A stretch of 34,364 nt of DNA from Rhodoluna sp. (GTDB lineage: Bacteria; Actinomycetota; Actinomycetes; Actinomycetales; Microbacteriaceae): NCBI GenBank assembly GCA_044345455.1, contig JBIJBA010000001.1:1-34364 (forward strand), given 5' to 3'. Under the pieces are notes generated by a model, which saw nothing but the letters and a program-made list of their open reading frames with translations, searched no databases and was not told the DNA's origin. Below, one piece after another: positions 8,478 to 18,038 of the stretch; the first letter of the stretch is position 1; every line of letters begins with the position of its first letter. The position numbers and the translations under genes are program-made.

Positions 8478-10600
8478 TGAAACTTGATCACTTCTCTGAG
8501 CTGTGGTCAAATACCGATGAGGTAATCACTCATTCGTATGTTCAGGATGTAAAGCTTCCCTCCGGAAAAGTCCTTGCCCTTATCACTCTCGATAACAACA
8601 AAGACCACACCAGACCATCAACTCTTGGCCCGCTGACTCTAAAGGAATTTTCTGAGGCCCTCGAGGCTCAAGAGCAGCGCGCCAAAAAAGGTGAGATACA
8701 TGGTTTGGCTGTAACAGGCAAGCCATATTTCTTAGCGGCAGGGGCAGACCTTTCCAAAGTGGGTTCAATCCCATCAACTCGCGCCGGAAGACTCGTAGTT
8801 GAACTGGGCCACTTTGCACTTGGCAAACTAGGAAGTTTCCCAGTTCCAACTTTTGTGTTTATCAACGGTTTGGCTCTTGGTGGTGGACTAGAGATTGCGC
8901 TCAACGCTAACTACCGAACCGTAAACTCTGCAGCTCCTGCCATTGCACTGCCAGAAGTATTTCTTGGATTGCTTCCTGGTTGGGGCGGGGCTTATTTACT
9001 TCCAAACCTGATTGGCATTAGAAACGCACTCAAAGTTGTTATTGAGAATCCACTAAAGCAAAATCGCATGCTAAGCCCTCAAGATGCCCTCAAGCTCGGA
9101 ATTGCGGACGTGATGTTTGAACCTCAGAGATTCATCGAAGATTCGGTTGTTTGGGCTGACAAAGTTCTTTCAGGCAAGAAAGTATCTCGCCCAAACAAAC
9201 CAGGTCTTTTTGAACGCTTAGTTATCTGGGGACCCGCGGTTTCAATCGCTAGAAAAATGGTGAAGCAAAACATTGGCTCTGTTCCTCTTGCACCTTACGC
9301 TGCCCTCGATCTTCTAGGTGAAGCCAAGTTCAGCTCCAAGGAGCAGGGCTTCAAGCGTGAAGACGAAGAGCTAGAAAAGCTAATTGCTTCTGATCAGTTC
9401 CGGGCCAGTATCTATGCTTTTAACTTGGTTCAAAAGCACGCCAAAAACCCACAGGGTGCTCCGGATCCAAAACTGGCAATCAAAGTTCAGAAAGTTGGTG
9501 TCGTTGGTGCTGGTCTAATGGCCAGCCAGTTTGCACTTCTATTCCTGAGACGATTGCAGGTACCGGTAATAATCACCGATGTGTCACAGGACCGCGTTGA
9601 CAAAGGTCTGGCTTACTGCCGAGCAGAGCTAGACAAGCTCGTTGAAAAAGGGCGCCTGTCAGTTGATGACCGCAACCGTTACAGCGCAAATCTAAGTGGA
9701 ACGCTTGATTTGAATGACTTCGCAAACTGCGACTGGGTCATCGAAGCAGTATTTGAAGAGCTAAAGGTCAAACACGATGTCTTTACTCGCGTTGAAGCCG
9801 TGGTTAGACCAGATGCAATCTTGGCGACCAACACATCTTCTTTGTCGGTTGATGAAATCGGGAAAGTGCTTAAGAACCCTGAGCGTCTAGTTGGTTTTCA
9901 CTTCTTCAACCCGGTAGCCGTTATGCCACTTGTTGAAGTAGTAAAAGCCGCCAAGAGCAACGATGTCTCGGTAGCAACCGCGATGCGGGTTGCAAAGGAT
10001 CTGAAGAAAACTGCCGTGATCACCTCTGACAGCACAGGATTTGTTGTGAACAGGTTGCTTGGGTATTTACTTGGTGAGGCCATGAAGGCAGTTGACGAGG
10101 GCATTCCATTTGAAGAGGTGGCAGACGCTATCGCTCCGCTTGGTTTGCCGATGAACCCGTTTGATCTACTTGAGCTAGTTGGGCTGCAGGTTGGAGCCCA
10201 TGTTCTGGATTCGATGTATGGCTTTGCGCCAGATCGCTTCTACAAGACCGATTCGCTGCACCAGCTAGCTAAATTGGGCCGAATCAGAACTAAGGACTCT
10301 AAGGGCAACAAGACTGGCTACGACCCAGAGGCAATCAAGATTGTTTCTGGTCGCACCAGAACAAGAACTAAGAACCAGGTTTTTGATGACCTAATTGTTG
10401 GACTCACCAAAGAAATCAAGCTCATGCTTGACGAGAAGGTAGTTTCCAGCGCCGAGGATATTGATTTGTGCATGATCATGGGTGCCGCCTGGCCATTCCA
10501 CCTTGGTGGAATCACACCTTACCTAGATCGAATTGGTGCTTCTCAGAAAGTCTTTGGAGCTACTTTTCACAACCCACCAATTAGGGGAGTTCGTAGCTAG
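8477..10600 (+). CDS. fadB: Multifunctional enoyl-CoA hydratase / 3-hydroxyacyl-CoA dehydrogenase
   Basis: N-terminal crotonase domain (AAGADL, GGGLE, LPEVFLGLLPGWGG). C-terminal HAD domain (VVGAGLMA, IEAVFE, TNTSSL, GFHFFNP, GFVVNRL). Confidence 0.93.
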   Translation: MKLDHFSELWSNTDEVITHSYVQDVKLPSGKVLALITLDNNKDHTRPSTLGPLTLKEFSEALEAQEQRAKKGEIHGLAVTGKPYFLAAGADLSKVGSIPSTRAGRLVVELGHFALGKLGSFPVPTFVFINGLALGGGLEIALNANYRTVNSAAPAIALPEVFLGLLPGWGGAYLLPNLIGIRNALKVVIENPLKQNRMLSPQDALKLGIADVMFEPQRFIEDSVVWADKVLSGKKVSRPNKPGLFERLVIWGPAVSIARKMVKQNIGSVPLAPYAALDLLGEAKFSSKEQGFKREDEELEKLIASDQFRASIYAFNLVQKHAKNPQGAPDPKLAIKVQKVGVVGAGLMASQFALLFLRRLQVPVIITDVSQDRVDKGLAYCRAELDKLVEKGRLSVDDRNRYSANLSGTLDLNDFANCDWVIEAVFEELKVKHDVFTRVEAVVRPDAILATNTSSLSVDEIGKVLKNPERLVGFHFFNPVAVMPLVEVVKAAKSNDVSVATAMRVAKDLKKTAVITSDSTGFVVNRLLGYLLGEAMKAVDEGIPFEEVADAIAPLGLPMNPFDLLELVGLQVGAHVLDSMYGFAPDRFYKTDSLHQLAKLGRIRTKDSKGNKTGYDPEAIKIVSGRTRTRTKNQVFDDLIVGLTKEIKLMLDEKVVSSAEDIDLCMIMGAAWPFHLGGITPYLDRIGASQKVFGATFHNPPIRGVRS

Positions 10601-11796
10601 ATTTCAAATTTAGTTCTATAGCTTTGGATTAAAGGCCTCATACCTATTCCACAAACCCCAACCAACTCGCCTTCGCGATAGTACTCAAATACACATTCAC
10701 CGGAAATCTCTCCCGATACAAGCTTGCTCTCATCGGCAAGATACGTCATGCCAAAAGACAAGATGTTCATCTCATACTGATCCGACCAAAATGACGGGAG
10801 CGGCCCAAAGGGTTTGGCAATAACTTCTTTGGCGTTGTCACCTTCTTGAGATGCCACAATCACCTCGGCTGCGCGCTTTGCGGTTTCGCTTGGTAGGTTC
10901 CAGTGTTCGACACGCCTAGGGATCTCATCAAATAGTGAATTCGGGTATCTTGCAACGTCGCCAATAGCAAAAACATTTTGTAAAGCGTTCCCTGATTCTT
11001 CGATAGCTCGCATTGCAGAGTCCACCAAAACACCATCATCTATATCGATCCCTGAATCGATAAGCCATTCAGTATTGGCAATTGATCCAATAGCCACAAC
11101 CAATACATCAGTGTCATAAATTACACCGGAATCTAGAATTACTCTCTCCAAGACCCCATCACCTATAAGCCCAAACACGGACGCTCCGCTGACGAACTCC
11201 ACGCCTTTTTCGATGTGTCGCTTTTTTATCTCAGCTGAAAGTGTTTTTCCGAGAGCGTGCTCAATTGGTTCGCGGTGGCGCGAAACTACTCTTACCTCGC
11301 ACCCCTTCTTTATTGCCGTGGCAGCAACCTCACATCCGATGAATCCCGCACCCAGAATTAGAACTCTCGCACCTTCGGTTAGAACTCCTCGAAGGCTTAT
11401 TGCATCATCAATTGTTCTTAGAACGTGAATTCCCGAAATACCATTTGAGTCAACCGGCAACGGTTTCGGTCTAAGGCCTGTAGCAATTACCAAATAGGAG
11501 TAGGGATGTTTTGTGCCAGAAAGATCGGTTACAACTTGGGCCTTAGTATCCACACTTGAAGCGGCAGTATTTAGCACCCATTCAACATCCGAAATCGAAT
11601 CTTTAAGGGGGAACAAAACCTCATCAATGCCCGAATCAGTAGATAGCAAATCTTTAGAAAGTGGCGGGCGGTTATAGGGAAGATGAGGCTCGTCACCAAT
11701 AATCTTTATTGGCCCTAGATATTTATTTCGCCTTAGAGCCTCAGCGCATCTCAGACCAGCTAAAGATGCACCGACAATAACTACAGGCTCGCCCAA
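10597..11796 (-). CDS. NAD(P)H:ferredoxin reductase (putidaredoxin-reductase-like, FAD-dependent)
   Basis: IVGASLAG, PYNRPPLSK, IATG, LGAGFIGCE, FAIGDVA, RVEHW and PSFWSDQY. Directly downstream of a ferredoxin. TTG start. Confidence 0.92.
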   Translation of the reverse strand: MGEPVVIVGASLAGLRCAEALRRNKYLGPIKIIGDEPHLPYNRPPLSKDLLSTDSGIDEVLFPLKDSISDVEWVLNTAASSVDTKAQVVTDLSGTKHPYSYLVIATGLRPKPLPVDSNGISGIHVLRTIDDAISLRGVLTEGARVLILGAGFIGCEVAATAIKKGCEVRVVSRHREPIEHALGKTLSAEIKKRHIEKGVEFVSGASVFGLIGDGVLERVILDSGVIYDTDVLVVAIGSIANTEWLIDSGIDIDDGVLVDSAMRAIEESGNALQNVFAIGDVARYPNSLFDEIPRRVEHWNLPSETAKRAAEVIVASQEGDNAKEVIAKPFGPLPSFWSDQYEMNILSFGMTYLADESKLVSGEISGECVFEYYREGELVGVCGIGMRPLIQSYRTKFEI

Positions 11797-11797
11797 T

Positions 11798-11989
11798 TTA
11801 CGAAACTATGCGAATAGCCTGCATAGGGCAAATGTCTACAGCCGCTTCCACGTTGTCAAGCTCGGAATCTTCTACCTCGCCGACATACTCCAGTTTGTCT
11901 TCTTCGTTGAGCTTGAAAACCTTAGGAGCCTCAAAAACGCACTGTCCATAGTGCTGGCACTTAGTCATGTCAACTTCAACCTTGATCAT
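11798..11989 (-). CDS. Small single-cluster ferredoxin, probably [3Fe-4S], P450-partner type
   Basis: 63 aa, acidic, with CQHYGQC...AP.VF and a distal ICPMQAI motif. Confidence 0.9.
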   Translation of the reverse strand: MIKVEVDMTKCQHYGQCVFEAPKVFKLNEEDKLEYVGEVEDSELDNVEAAVDICPMQAIRIVS

Positions 11990-12864
11990 TTTTTCTCCTC
12001 GATTCTTGAAGGGTAAAGGTCTTTTGATGGTGTGCGTATCCCTCTGAACTCCCAGTCCCCGCCTAGAGCCGTGGAGACCACTTCTTCGCTTTCCGTTGGC
12101 TGAGCGCCAACATCTGATCGAATCGGTGCAGGGCCATGAACAATTAGGTTGCTGAGTCGACCAAGTCCTTCGACTTCGACGTCAACGACATCGCCTGGCT
12201 TTACTGGGCGAGAGTTTGCTGGTGTCCCTGTGAAGATCATGTCCCCCGGCACCAAAGTAATTGTTCTGGCAAGATCGGCAACGAGATAGTTCATATCCCA
12301 TTCCATGTTCTTGGTGTTGTCTTCTTGCTTTAGTTCACCATTTACATAGGTTCGAATGTATTTGTTACGGAAATCCCAGTCGGTGACCATACCAGGGCCA
12401 ACTGGCGCAAGAGTGTCTGCTCCCTTGACTCGGAGCATTGAGCCGGCATCAGTGTCTCTAAAGTCATGAAGGCCGTAATCATTGCCAACAGAGTAACCAG
12501 CTATGTACTCGGATGCCTCGTCGGGAGAAATGTTCTTGCAAGTCTTTCCAATAATGATAACTATCTCGCCTTCATAGTTCAGCCAGTTACAGCGCTCAGG
12601 TCTTACGACGTGTCCGTTATGGGAATTCAAGGCGGTGATTGGCTTATGGAAGTAAGTCGGAGCATCCGGCAGCTTGGTCATGAACTCGTCACTTCGAGAC
12701 CGGTAATTTAGGTGCACCGCAAGAATTTTGGTTGGCTCAGAAGGCGCCAAGTGAATCGCTTCAGCGATCTTCACTCTGCGGCCATCGGCAACCACAAGCT
12801 CCTCGCCTTCGCGAATAACTTGAACGGCTGCACCCTCGAGCAGAATCCTTCTAAATTCAGTCAC
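11986..12864 (-). CDS. Fumarylacetoacetate hydrolase family isomerase/decarboxylase (HpaG/HpcE-like)
   Basis: KILAVHLNY, YFHKP, NYEGE, GYSVGND, TLVPGDMIFTGTP and VEVEGLGRL. Start reassigned to GTG 12864, which overlaps the upstream stop; the ORF-track start at 12996 lies deep inside the dioxygenase gene. Confidence 0.88.
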   Translation of the reverse strand: MTEFRRILLEGAAVQVIREGEELVVADGRRVKIAEAIHLAPSEPTKILAVHLNYRSRSDEFMTKLPDAPTYFHKPITALNSHNGHVVRPERCNWLNYEGEIVIIIGKTCKNISPDEASEYIAGYSVGNDYGLHDFRDTDAGSMLRVKGADTLAPVGPGMVTDWDFRNKYIRTYVNGELKQEDNTKNMEWDMNYLVADLARTITLVPGDMIFTGTPANSRPVKPGDVVDVEVEGLGRLSNLIVHGPAPIRSDVGAQPTESEEVVSTALGGDWEFRGIRTPSKDLYPSRIEEKK

Positions 12865-13765
12865 GGGATAGAACCAGGTCCTTAGGTCTTGGGAAGCCGC
12901 CTTCAGGCTCAGGGAAGTAAACGTGAACCTGTCCTGTGCCAATGGAGTTTTCGTATTCGGAGTACATAACGCCCTTAGCGGTGTTATCGCCCTCACCGGT
13001 TGCGCCAGCCATAGTCAACCAATGGCTGAAGTTTGCCTCAGGCTTGAACTTTTTGAAATCATCCATGGTATCCAAGATTCGAGCATGGTCACCCTGCTTC
13101 ATCCATTCAATGCGCTCAAGATCGGCAAGACGCGCACCTTCCGAATAGATGTGGCTAGGGTCGGATGATTCGTGCTTACGAAGCTCACGAAGTTTGTAGA
13201 AAGTGTGGGAAAGCGCACCGGAAGCTAGCAGCAAAACCTTGCGATCGGTGTCGCGAATTGCTTCCCCAAGTGCCCGACCGGCACGCAGGAAATCCTCAGC
13301 TGTTGCGGTCTGGCATACAGAAATAGAAACCCACTTCTTGTCGAGTCCGCGACCCAGGTAGTGCCACAGGTTTACGGTTGCGTAAAAAATTGGAAGATGC
13401 GGATCACTAATTGGTGTAATCCAGGTTCCGTTCTTTTCATCGTATTTCGCAGCCGCCATGGCCAGTTCTGGGTCACCTTTGAATGCATAAGGAACCTGAG
13501 ACATACCTCGAGGTAGTTCCTCGGAGGTGAACAGTCCAGAGCGTTCCGCTTGAGCAGTTATGACAAATTCAACAGTGGTAGCCCAGTGACTGTCGAGTAC
13601 AACTACTGTGTCGTAATCCAAAGTCTCCATTACTTCTTTGCGAAACTTCTTTAGACCTGGCACCAAGCTAATCTCATTGCCATCATTTAGGTCATAGCGA
13701 ACTTTTTCGGGCAGCATGATCGTTGGTACGTGAGCCAAAATTGCAGCCCCAACTACTTTTCCCAT
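12857..13765 (-). CDS. hpaD: Class III (LigB-family) extradiol dioxygenase, 3,4-dihydroxyphenylacetate 2,3-dioxygenase-like
   Basis: MGKVVGAAILAHVP, VVLDSHW, LASGALSH and C-terminal ENSIGTGQ parallel the E. coli HpaD motifs. Flanked by HpaE-like and HpaG-like genes. Exact substrate not proven. Confidence 0.8.
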   Translation of the reverse strand: MGKVVGAAILAHVPTIMLPEKVRYDLNDGNEISLVPGLKKFRKEVMETLDYDTVVVLDSHWATTVEFVITAQAERSGLFTSEELPRGMSQVPYAFKGDPELAMAAAKYDEKNGTWITPISDPHLPIFYATVNLWHYLGRGLDKKWVSISVCQTATAEDFLRAGRALGEAIRDTDRKVLLLASGALSHTFYKLRELRKHESSDPSHIYSEGARLADLERIEWMKQGDHARILDTMDDFKKFKPEANFSHWLTMAGATGEGDNTAKGVMYSEYENSIGTGQVHVYFPEPEGGFPRPKDLVLSRD

Positions 13766-13768
13766 TTC

Positions 13769-15235
13769 TTATTCCTTCCATCCATTAGGTGAAATTACTG
13801 TGTTTTTTACATCTGCATAAAAATCAAAGGACCAATTGCCACCCTCGCGGCCGATTCCGGATTTCTTGGAGCCACCGAAAGGAGCTTTTAGGTCTCGAAC
13901 AAAGAAGCAGTTCACCCAAATGGTCCCAGCAACAACCTCATCAGCAATTCGTTTTGCGTGCTCACGATTACCGGAAACGATAACAGCGGCCAAGCCAAAT
14001 TCGGTGTTGTTTGCCATCTCAATCAACTGCTCGTCTGTTTTGAAAGTCTGCATCGTGAGGACTGGTCCAAATATTTCGGAAGTCACGATTTCAGAGCCTA
14101 GTGGAGGGTTAGAAATCAGTGTTGGTCGGAAAAACAACCCACCTAATTCACTGTTTGGCTCCCCACCCATAACGACCTTGAGCCCTTCCTTCTTGGCGCG
14201 GTCTACGAACCCCTTGATTCTTTCAAAATGAACAGGGTGGATTTGGGGTCCGATGTCGGTAGCAGGGTCTCTGGGGTCACCTTGTTTGAGAGCTGAGGCT
14301 TTTTCCTGAAATTTCTTAGAGAACTCCTCGGCCACCGATTCATGCACCAGCAATCTGGTTCCAGACAGACACACCTGGCCTGCATTATCGTATTGCTCGA
14401 TCGCTAGCGTCGCGGCAAGATCAAGATCTGCATCATGCATCACAATTGTTGGTGACTTACCCCCAAGCTCGAAAGAAACAGGTGTTAGGTTATCCGCGGC
14501 TGCGTGTGCAATCTTTTTGGCAGTGGGAACAGAGCCAGTAAATGAGATTCTTGAGATACCTGGGTGGGAAACCAGTGCGTTACCTACCTCAGCTCCAAGA
14601 CCTTGCACTACATTGAACACCCCAGCTGGAAAACCAGCTTTTACTGTTAGGTCTGCGAAGAATGAAGCAGACAGTGGTGTCCACTCCGCTGGCTTTAGAA
14701 CAACTGTGTCTCCAGCAGCTAATGCAGGACCAATTTTCCAGGTTGCAAGCATAAGCGGTGCATTCCAGGGTGTGATCAACACCGCAACACCGGAGGGGTC
14801 CCAGGAAATGTTGTTAGTATGTCCCCGAGTTTCCCAACTGTCATGATGCAGATCATTGATTGCCCAGTCGGCAAAGAATCGAAGGTTTAGAGCAACTCTT
14901 GGCATAACCCCACGAATGTGAGATCTAAGCAATGATCCGTTGTCTAGAGTTTCAAGATTCGCTAGTGGCTCAAGATTTTCTTCCACCAAATCAGCTAATC
15001 GGTGTAGTAGTTCACCGCGCTTTTTAGGTCCCATTTTTGACCACTCGGGGAAAGCACCTCGAGCTGCCACTACCGCTAAGTCAGCCTCGTGCTGCCCACC
15101 TCTAGAAATCTTTGCAAGCAAAGTGCCATCGATTGGAGAAAAATCATCCAGCGTATCGGAAGAAGCTATTCGCTTGCCACCGATGAAGTGACGGGTGTCT
15201 ACCGTAAGGCCCGCCAGCTGAACAGTTTCAGTCAC
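13769..15235 (-). CDS. hpaE: Hydroxymuconic semialdehyde dehydrogenase family (5-carboxymethyl-2-hydroxymuconate semialdehyde dehydrogenase-like)
   Basis: ITPWNAPLML, FTGS, ELGGKS, GQVCLSG, EIFGPV and the HMSD-type WVNCFFVRDL.APFGG.K.SGIGREGG..SFDFY. GTG start with AAGGGG SD. Confidence 0.82.
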   Translation of the reverse strand: MTETVQLAGLTVDTRHFIGGKRIASSDTLDDFSPIDGTLLAKISRGGQHEADLAVVAARGAFPEWSKMGPKKRGELLHRLADLVEENLEPLANLETLDNGSLLRSHIRGVMPRVALNLRFFADWAINDLHHDSWETRGHTNNISWDPSGVAVLITPWNAPLMLATWKIGPALAAGDTVVLKPAEWTPLSASFFADLTVKAGFPAGVFNVVQGLGAEVGNALVSHPGISRISFTGSVPTAKKIAHAAADNLTPVSFELGGKSPTIVMHDADLDLAATLAIEQYDNAGQVCLSGTRLLVHESVAEEFSKKFQEKASALKQGDPRDPATDIGPQIHPVHFERIKGFVDRAKKEGLKVVMGGEPNSELGGLFFRPTLISNPPLGSEIVTSEIFGPVLTMQTFKTDEQLIEMANNTEFGLAAVIVSGNREHAKRIADEVVAGTIWVNCFFVRDLKAPFGGSKKSGIGREGGNWSFDFYADVKNTVISPNGWKE

Positions 15236-15251
15236 AATTGCCCCTTTGCAA

Positions 15252-15271
15252 TTCGTTCGGATACTAACAAT
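15252..15271. promoter_or_regulatory. Candidate MarR operator, copy 1 (upstream of the hpaE operon)
   Basis: TTCGTT-CGGATACT-AACAAT, 17 nt upstream of the hpaE start; matches three other copies in the island. Confidence 0.7.
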
Positions 15272-15327
15272 ACAATAAACTACCCGCAGCCCTTAGGCCA
15301 ACAGCAATTTGTAACGATCCGGTGACT

Positions 15328-15828
15328 CTAGTCCTGGGACTCGGTAAAGGAAGTTATTTTCCTGAGCGCTATCGTCAATTCCCTTTTTTCAGCCTTGTTA
15401 AACCCACTCAGAACCTTCTGCTCGTGGGCGTTGAAATCGGGAAAAAGCTTCTTCATGAGATTTCTACCCTTTGGGGTCAAGGTAACAATCACCAATCGTT
15501 TATCCCCAGAACCAGGGTCTCTCTTGAGGTAACCCTTGCCTTCAAGGGTTTGCAATACACCCGTAAGGGTAGCCTTCGAAAAGCCACCTTCTTGAGCGAT
15601 AACCCTTGTTTCTATGGGCTCCCAAATCCATGACACCCAAAGCACAACAAAGCCAGTCCAGGAAAGCCCATGAGGAGCAAGTACAGTCCTCTCCAAGTAG
15701 TTCCTAGTGGCATTGGCAGCGCGGAAGATGTTACTTACTGCAGCCATGGAGTCAAAGTCCAAGGTCATGCCCGAGAGCTTGTTTTCGACCTGCCGCTCCG
15801 TCTCATTGAGGGTGTGAGCTCCAGACAT
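15328..15828 (-). CDS. MarR family transcriptional regulator
   Basis: LAPHGLSW, helix SKATLTGVLQTLEGKGYLKR and wing DKRLVIVTLTPKG. ATG 15828 with a GGAG SD. Confidence 0.93.
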   Translation of the reverse strand: MSGAHTLNETERQVENKLSGMTLDFDSMAAVSNIFRAANATRNYLERTVLAPHGLSWTGFVVLWVSWIWEPIETRVIAQEGGFSKATLTGVLQTLEGKGYLKRDPGSGDKRLVIVTLTPKGRNLMKKLFPDFNAHEQKVLSGFNKAEKRELTIALRKITSFTESQD

Positions 15829-15939
15829 CAAATTCTCCGCATCGTTATTACCTATCTAGCTACGACAATAGCCGAGCAAGAGAAAGTTTTGCTCGTTACT
15901 TTTGGGTAATTTGTTTCAAAAGCTCAGCGCAATGTGTAG

Positions 15940-15959
15940 ATTATTAGCGTCCAAACAAT
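15940..15959. promoter_or_regulatory. Candidate MarR operator, copy 2 (marR/P450 divergent region)
   Basis: ATTATT-AGCGTCCA-AACAAT, overlapping a -10-like TAGATT at 15937-15942. Confidence 0.6.
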
Positions 15960-15982
15960 CTCTACTGAGAGTGAGCTCAACG

Positions 15983-17218
15983 ATGAGTTATAACTTTGCC
16001 GACCTTGATCTTTTCTCCAAAGGTGCCCCATGGGATGCGTTTGCTGATGTGAGGGCTACCGGAAAGCCACACTTTTCTGAAGAGGCTGCTCCCAACCATG
16101 GGTTTTGGTCAATCATGCGATACAACGACATTGTCAAAGTTTTGCGTGACTCCGAAACATTTACTTCAGAGCGATTCACAAACCTTGAAGAAGTTGACGC
16201 TGAACAAGAACAAGCTCGACGATCACTTCTTGAAACCGATGGACTTCGCCACCGTGCTCTAAGAAGAATGCTCCAAGGTGAATTCACTCCACAAGCGGTA
16301 AGTAAGTACGAGTCATTTCTAAGGGGACTAACTGCAACAACACTCGATAATGCATTTGCCAAAGGCGAATTTGATTTCGTGGAAGATGTCAGCGCAGACT
16401 TCCCAATCCGAGTCCTGGCTCGAATACTAGACGTTCCGGATGAAGACACTGGTCAACTAATTGACTGGGGAAACCGAATGATTGGTAACACCGACCCTGA
16501 GCACGCAGACGTATTAATGGAGGATCCAGAGTCGGAAAAGTATCGACTCGTTCCATTTAGGTCACCTGCCGCACTAGAGGTTTTCGCATACGGCCAGGCG
16601 CTAGCCGCTGAGCGTAGAGGCAAGGGTCGAAAAGATCTGGTTTCAGTTTTGGCAGATGGAGTTCCATCAGATGGCATTCCAATGTCTGAACGAGACTTCA
16701 ACACAAACTTCTTACTCTTGGTTGTTGCTGGAAACGAAACCACTCGCCACACGATTTCTCACACAATGAACAATCTGATAAAGAATCCAGATCAGCTTGC
16801 ATTACTTCAGGAGAAACCAGAATTGATTCCTTGGGCAGTCGAAGAATTCCTCAGGTTTGCGTCACCGGTTTATCACTTCCGCAGGACAACCACCAAGGAT
16901 GTTGAGATCAACGGTGTGAAAATCAAGGAGGGCCAGAAGGTACTACCTTGGTTTGCATCGGGAAACAGAGACTCAGAGATATTCTCTGACCCTAACAAGA
17001 TGGATGTCACCAGAAACCCAAATGAGCACATGACCTTTGGTCGCGGCGGACCTCACATGTGCCTTGGCAATGCTCTGGCACGAATCGAAATGCGGATTAT
17101 GTTTGAGGACCTAATTTCCAGAATTGACCGCGTGGAGTTAACTGGAGAAATTGATTACCTGAGATCAAACTTTGTGCACGGGATAAAGAGAATGCCGGTC
17201 AGGGTACATCTCAGATAA
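15983..17218 (+). CDS. Cytochrome P450
   Basis: I-helix VAGNETT, K-helix EEFLR, SGNRD and heme motif FGRGGPHMCLG. Start reassigned to ATG 15983 (411 aa). Confidence 0.96.
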   Translation: MSYNFADLDLFSKGAPWDAFADVRATGKPHFSEEAAPNHGFWSIMRYNDIVKVLRDSETFTSERFTNLEEVDAEQEQARRSLLETDGLRHRALRRMLQGEFTPQAVSKYESFLRGLTATTLDNAFAKGEFDFVEDVSADFPIRVLARILDVPDEDTGQLIDWGNRMIGNTDPEHADVLMEDPESEKYRLVPFRSPAALEVFAYGQALAAERRGKGRKDLVSVLADGVPSDGIPMSERDFNTNFLLLVVAGNETTRHTISHTMNNLIKNPDQLALLQEKPELIPWAVEEFLRFASPVYHFRRTTTKDVEINGVKIKEGQKVLPWFASGNRDSEIFSDPNKMDVTRNPNEHMTFGRGGPHMCLGNALARIEMRIMFEDLISRIDRVELTGEIDYLRSNFVHGIKRMPVRVHLR

Positions 17219-17918
17219 GCTTGGCAACTTTCGAAAGAAAGTTATCAACTAATTCAAATGTCCTTTGTTTAGCAGCCTCGTTTTCGGCGATTGTCTGCCT
17301 CATCATGACACTTGGGTCTTGGCCATCCTCTTCGACTTTTTTTGCTCCACCCCAGTCAAGCCAACCTTTTAGGCCAGCGGAATCGAGTTCCGGGTGAAAT
17401 TGGACGCCTAAAGTTTTATTCACAACAAAAGCTTGTGAGGAAACAGGGTTGCGTGCAATTTCTTTGACGCCGGCTGGCAGCAACCATTGGTCGTAGTGAA
17501 ATTGGAACCATGGACCGTTTGAAACAAGCCCGGGTTCTTCAGACCAAATGTAGGTCCAGCCGATTTCTGGCTTAGGTGCCCTAGTAACGGAGCCGCCAAG
17601 TGCTCTTGCAACCAGCTGTCCACCAAAGCAAATCCCTAGAACAGGCTTGTTCGACTCAACGGCATTTTTGATCCACGCCAACTCTGGTTGCAGCCAGTTA
17701 CCAATACAGGCGTCATCCCAAGCGCCCCAGGGCGCCCCAAGGGGAATTATCAGGTCGTAATTATCTATGTCTGGAAACTCGAAGGCAACGTTGGGGTTTT
17801 CAAAGCTGTCCTCAGGCACTACAAGCTGAGTCTCTATCTCAAAGCCATGTTGGGCCAGTCTCTCACCAACAGGTCCAATAGGGCTGACGTGATCGTGCTG
17901 AATGAATAGCGCCTTCAA
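17211..17918 (-). CDS. Class I glutamine amidotransferase-like protein, probable gamma-glutamyl amide hydrolase
   Basis: VLGICFGGQ nucleophile elbow and GVQFHPE complete the Cys-His-Glu triad. Stand-alone domain divergent from a GS-like gene. Confidence 0.88.
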   Translation of the reverse strand: MKALFIQHDHVSPIGPVGERLAQHGFEIETQLVVPEDSFENPNVAFEFPDIDNYDLIIPLGAPWGAWDDACIGNWLQPELAWIKNAVESNKPVLGICFGGQLVARALGGSVTRAPKPEIGWTYIWSEEPGLVSNGPWFQFHYDQWLLPAGVKEIARNPVSSQAFVVNKTLGVQFHPELDSAGLKGWLDWGGAKKVEEDGQDPSVMMRQTIAENEAAKQRTFELVDNFLSKVAKLI

Positions 17919-17983
17919 AATCAGACTCCCAAAAATAACGTTGAATTAAATGCTTCCGACTTTATGCTGGATGGCTCTAGTAT

Positions 17984-18003
17984 CTCATTAGATACCTAAC
18001 GAT
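17984..18003. promoter_or_regulatory. Candidate MarR operator, copy 3 (GATase/GS-like divergent region)
   Basis: CTCATT-AGATACCT-AACGAT, immediately downstream of a -10-like TAGTAT at 17978-17983. Confidence 0.65.
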
Positions 18004-18038
18004 TCAATCAAATAGTCATTGCCACAAAGGAGTATCAA

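Noticed and set aside
12865-12996. ORF-track N-terminal extension of the FAH-family gene
   Set aside because: It would overlap the dioxygenase by 140 nt; GTG 12864 gives a normal coupled start.
15902-15982. ORF-track N-terminal extension of the P450
   Set aside because: It covers the promoter and operator region; ATG 15983 gives a typical P450 length.
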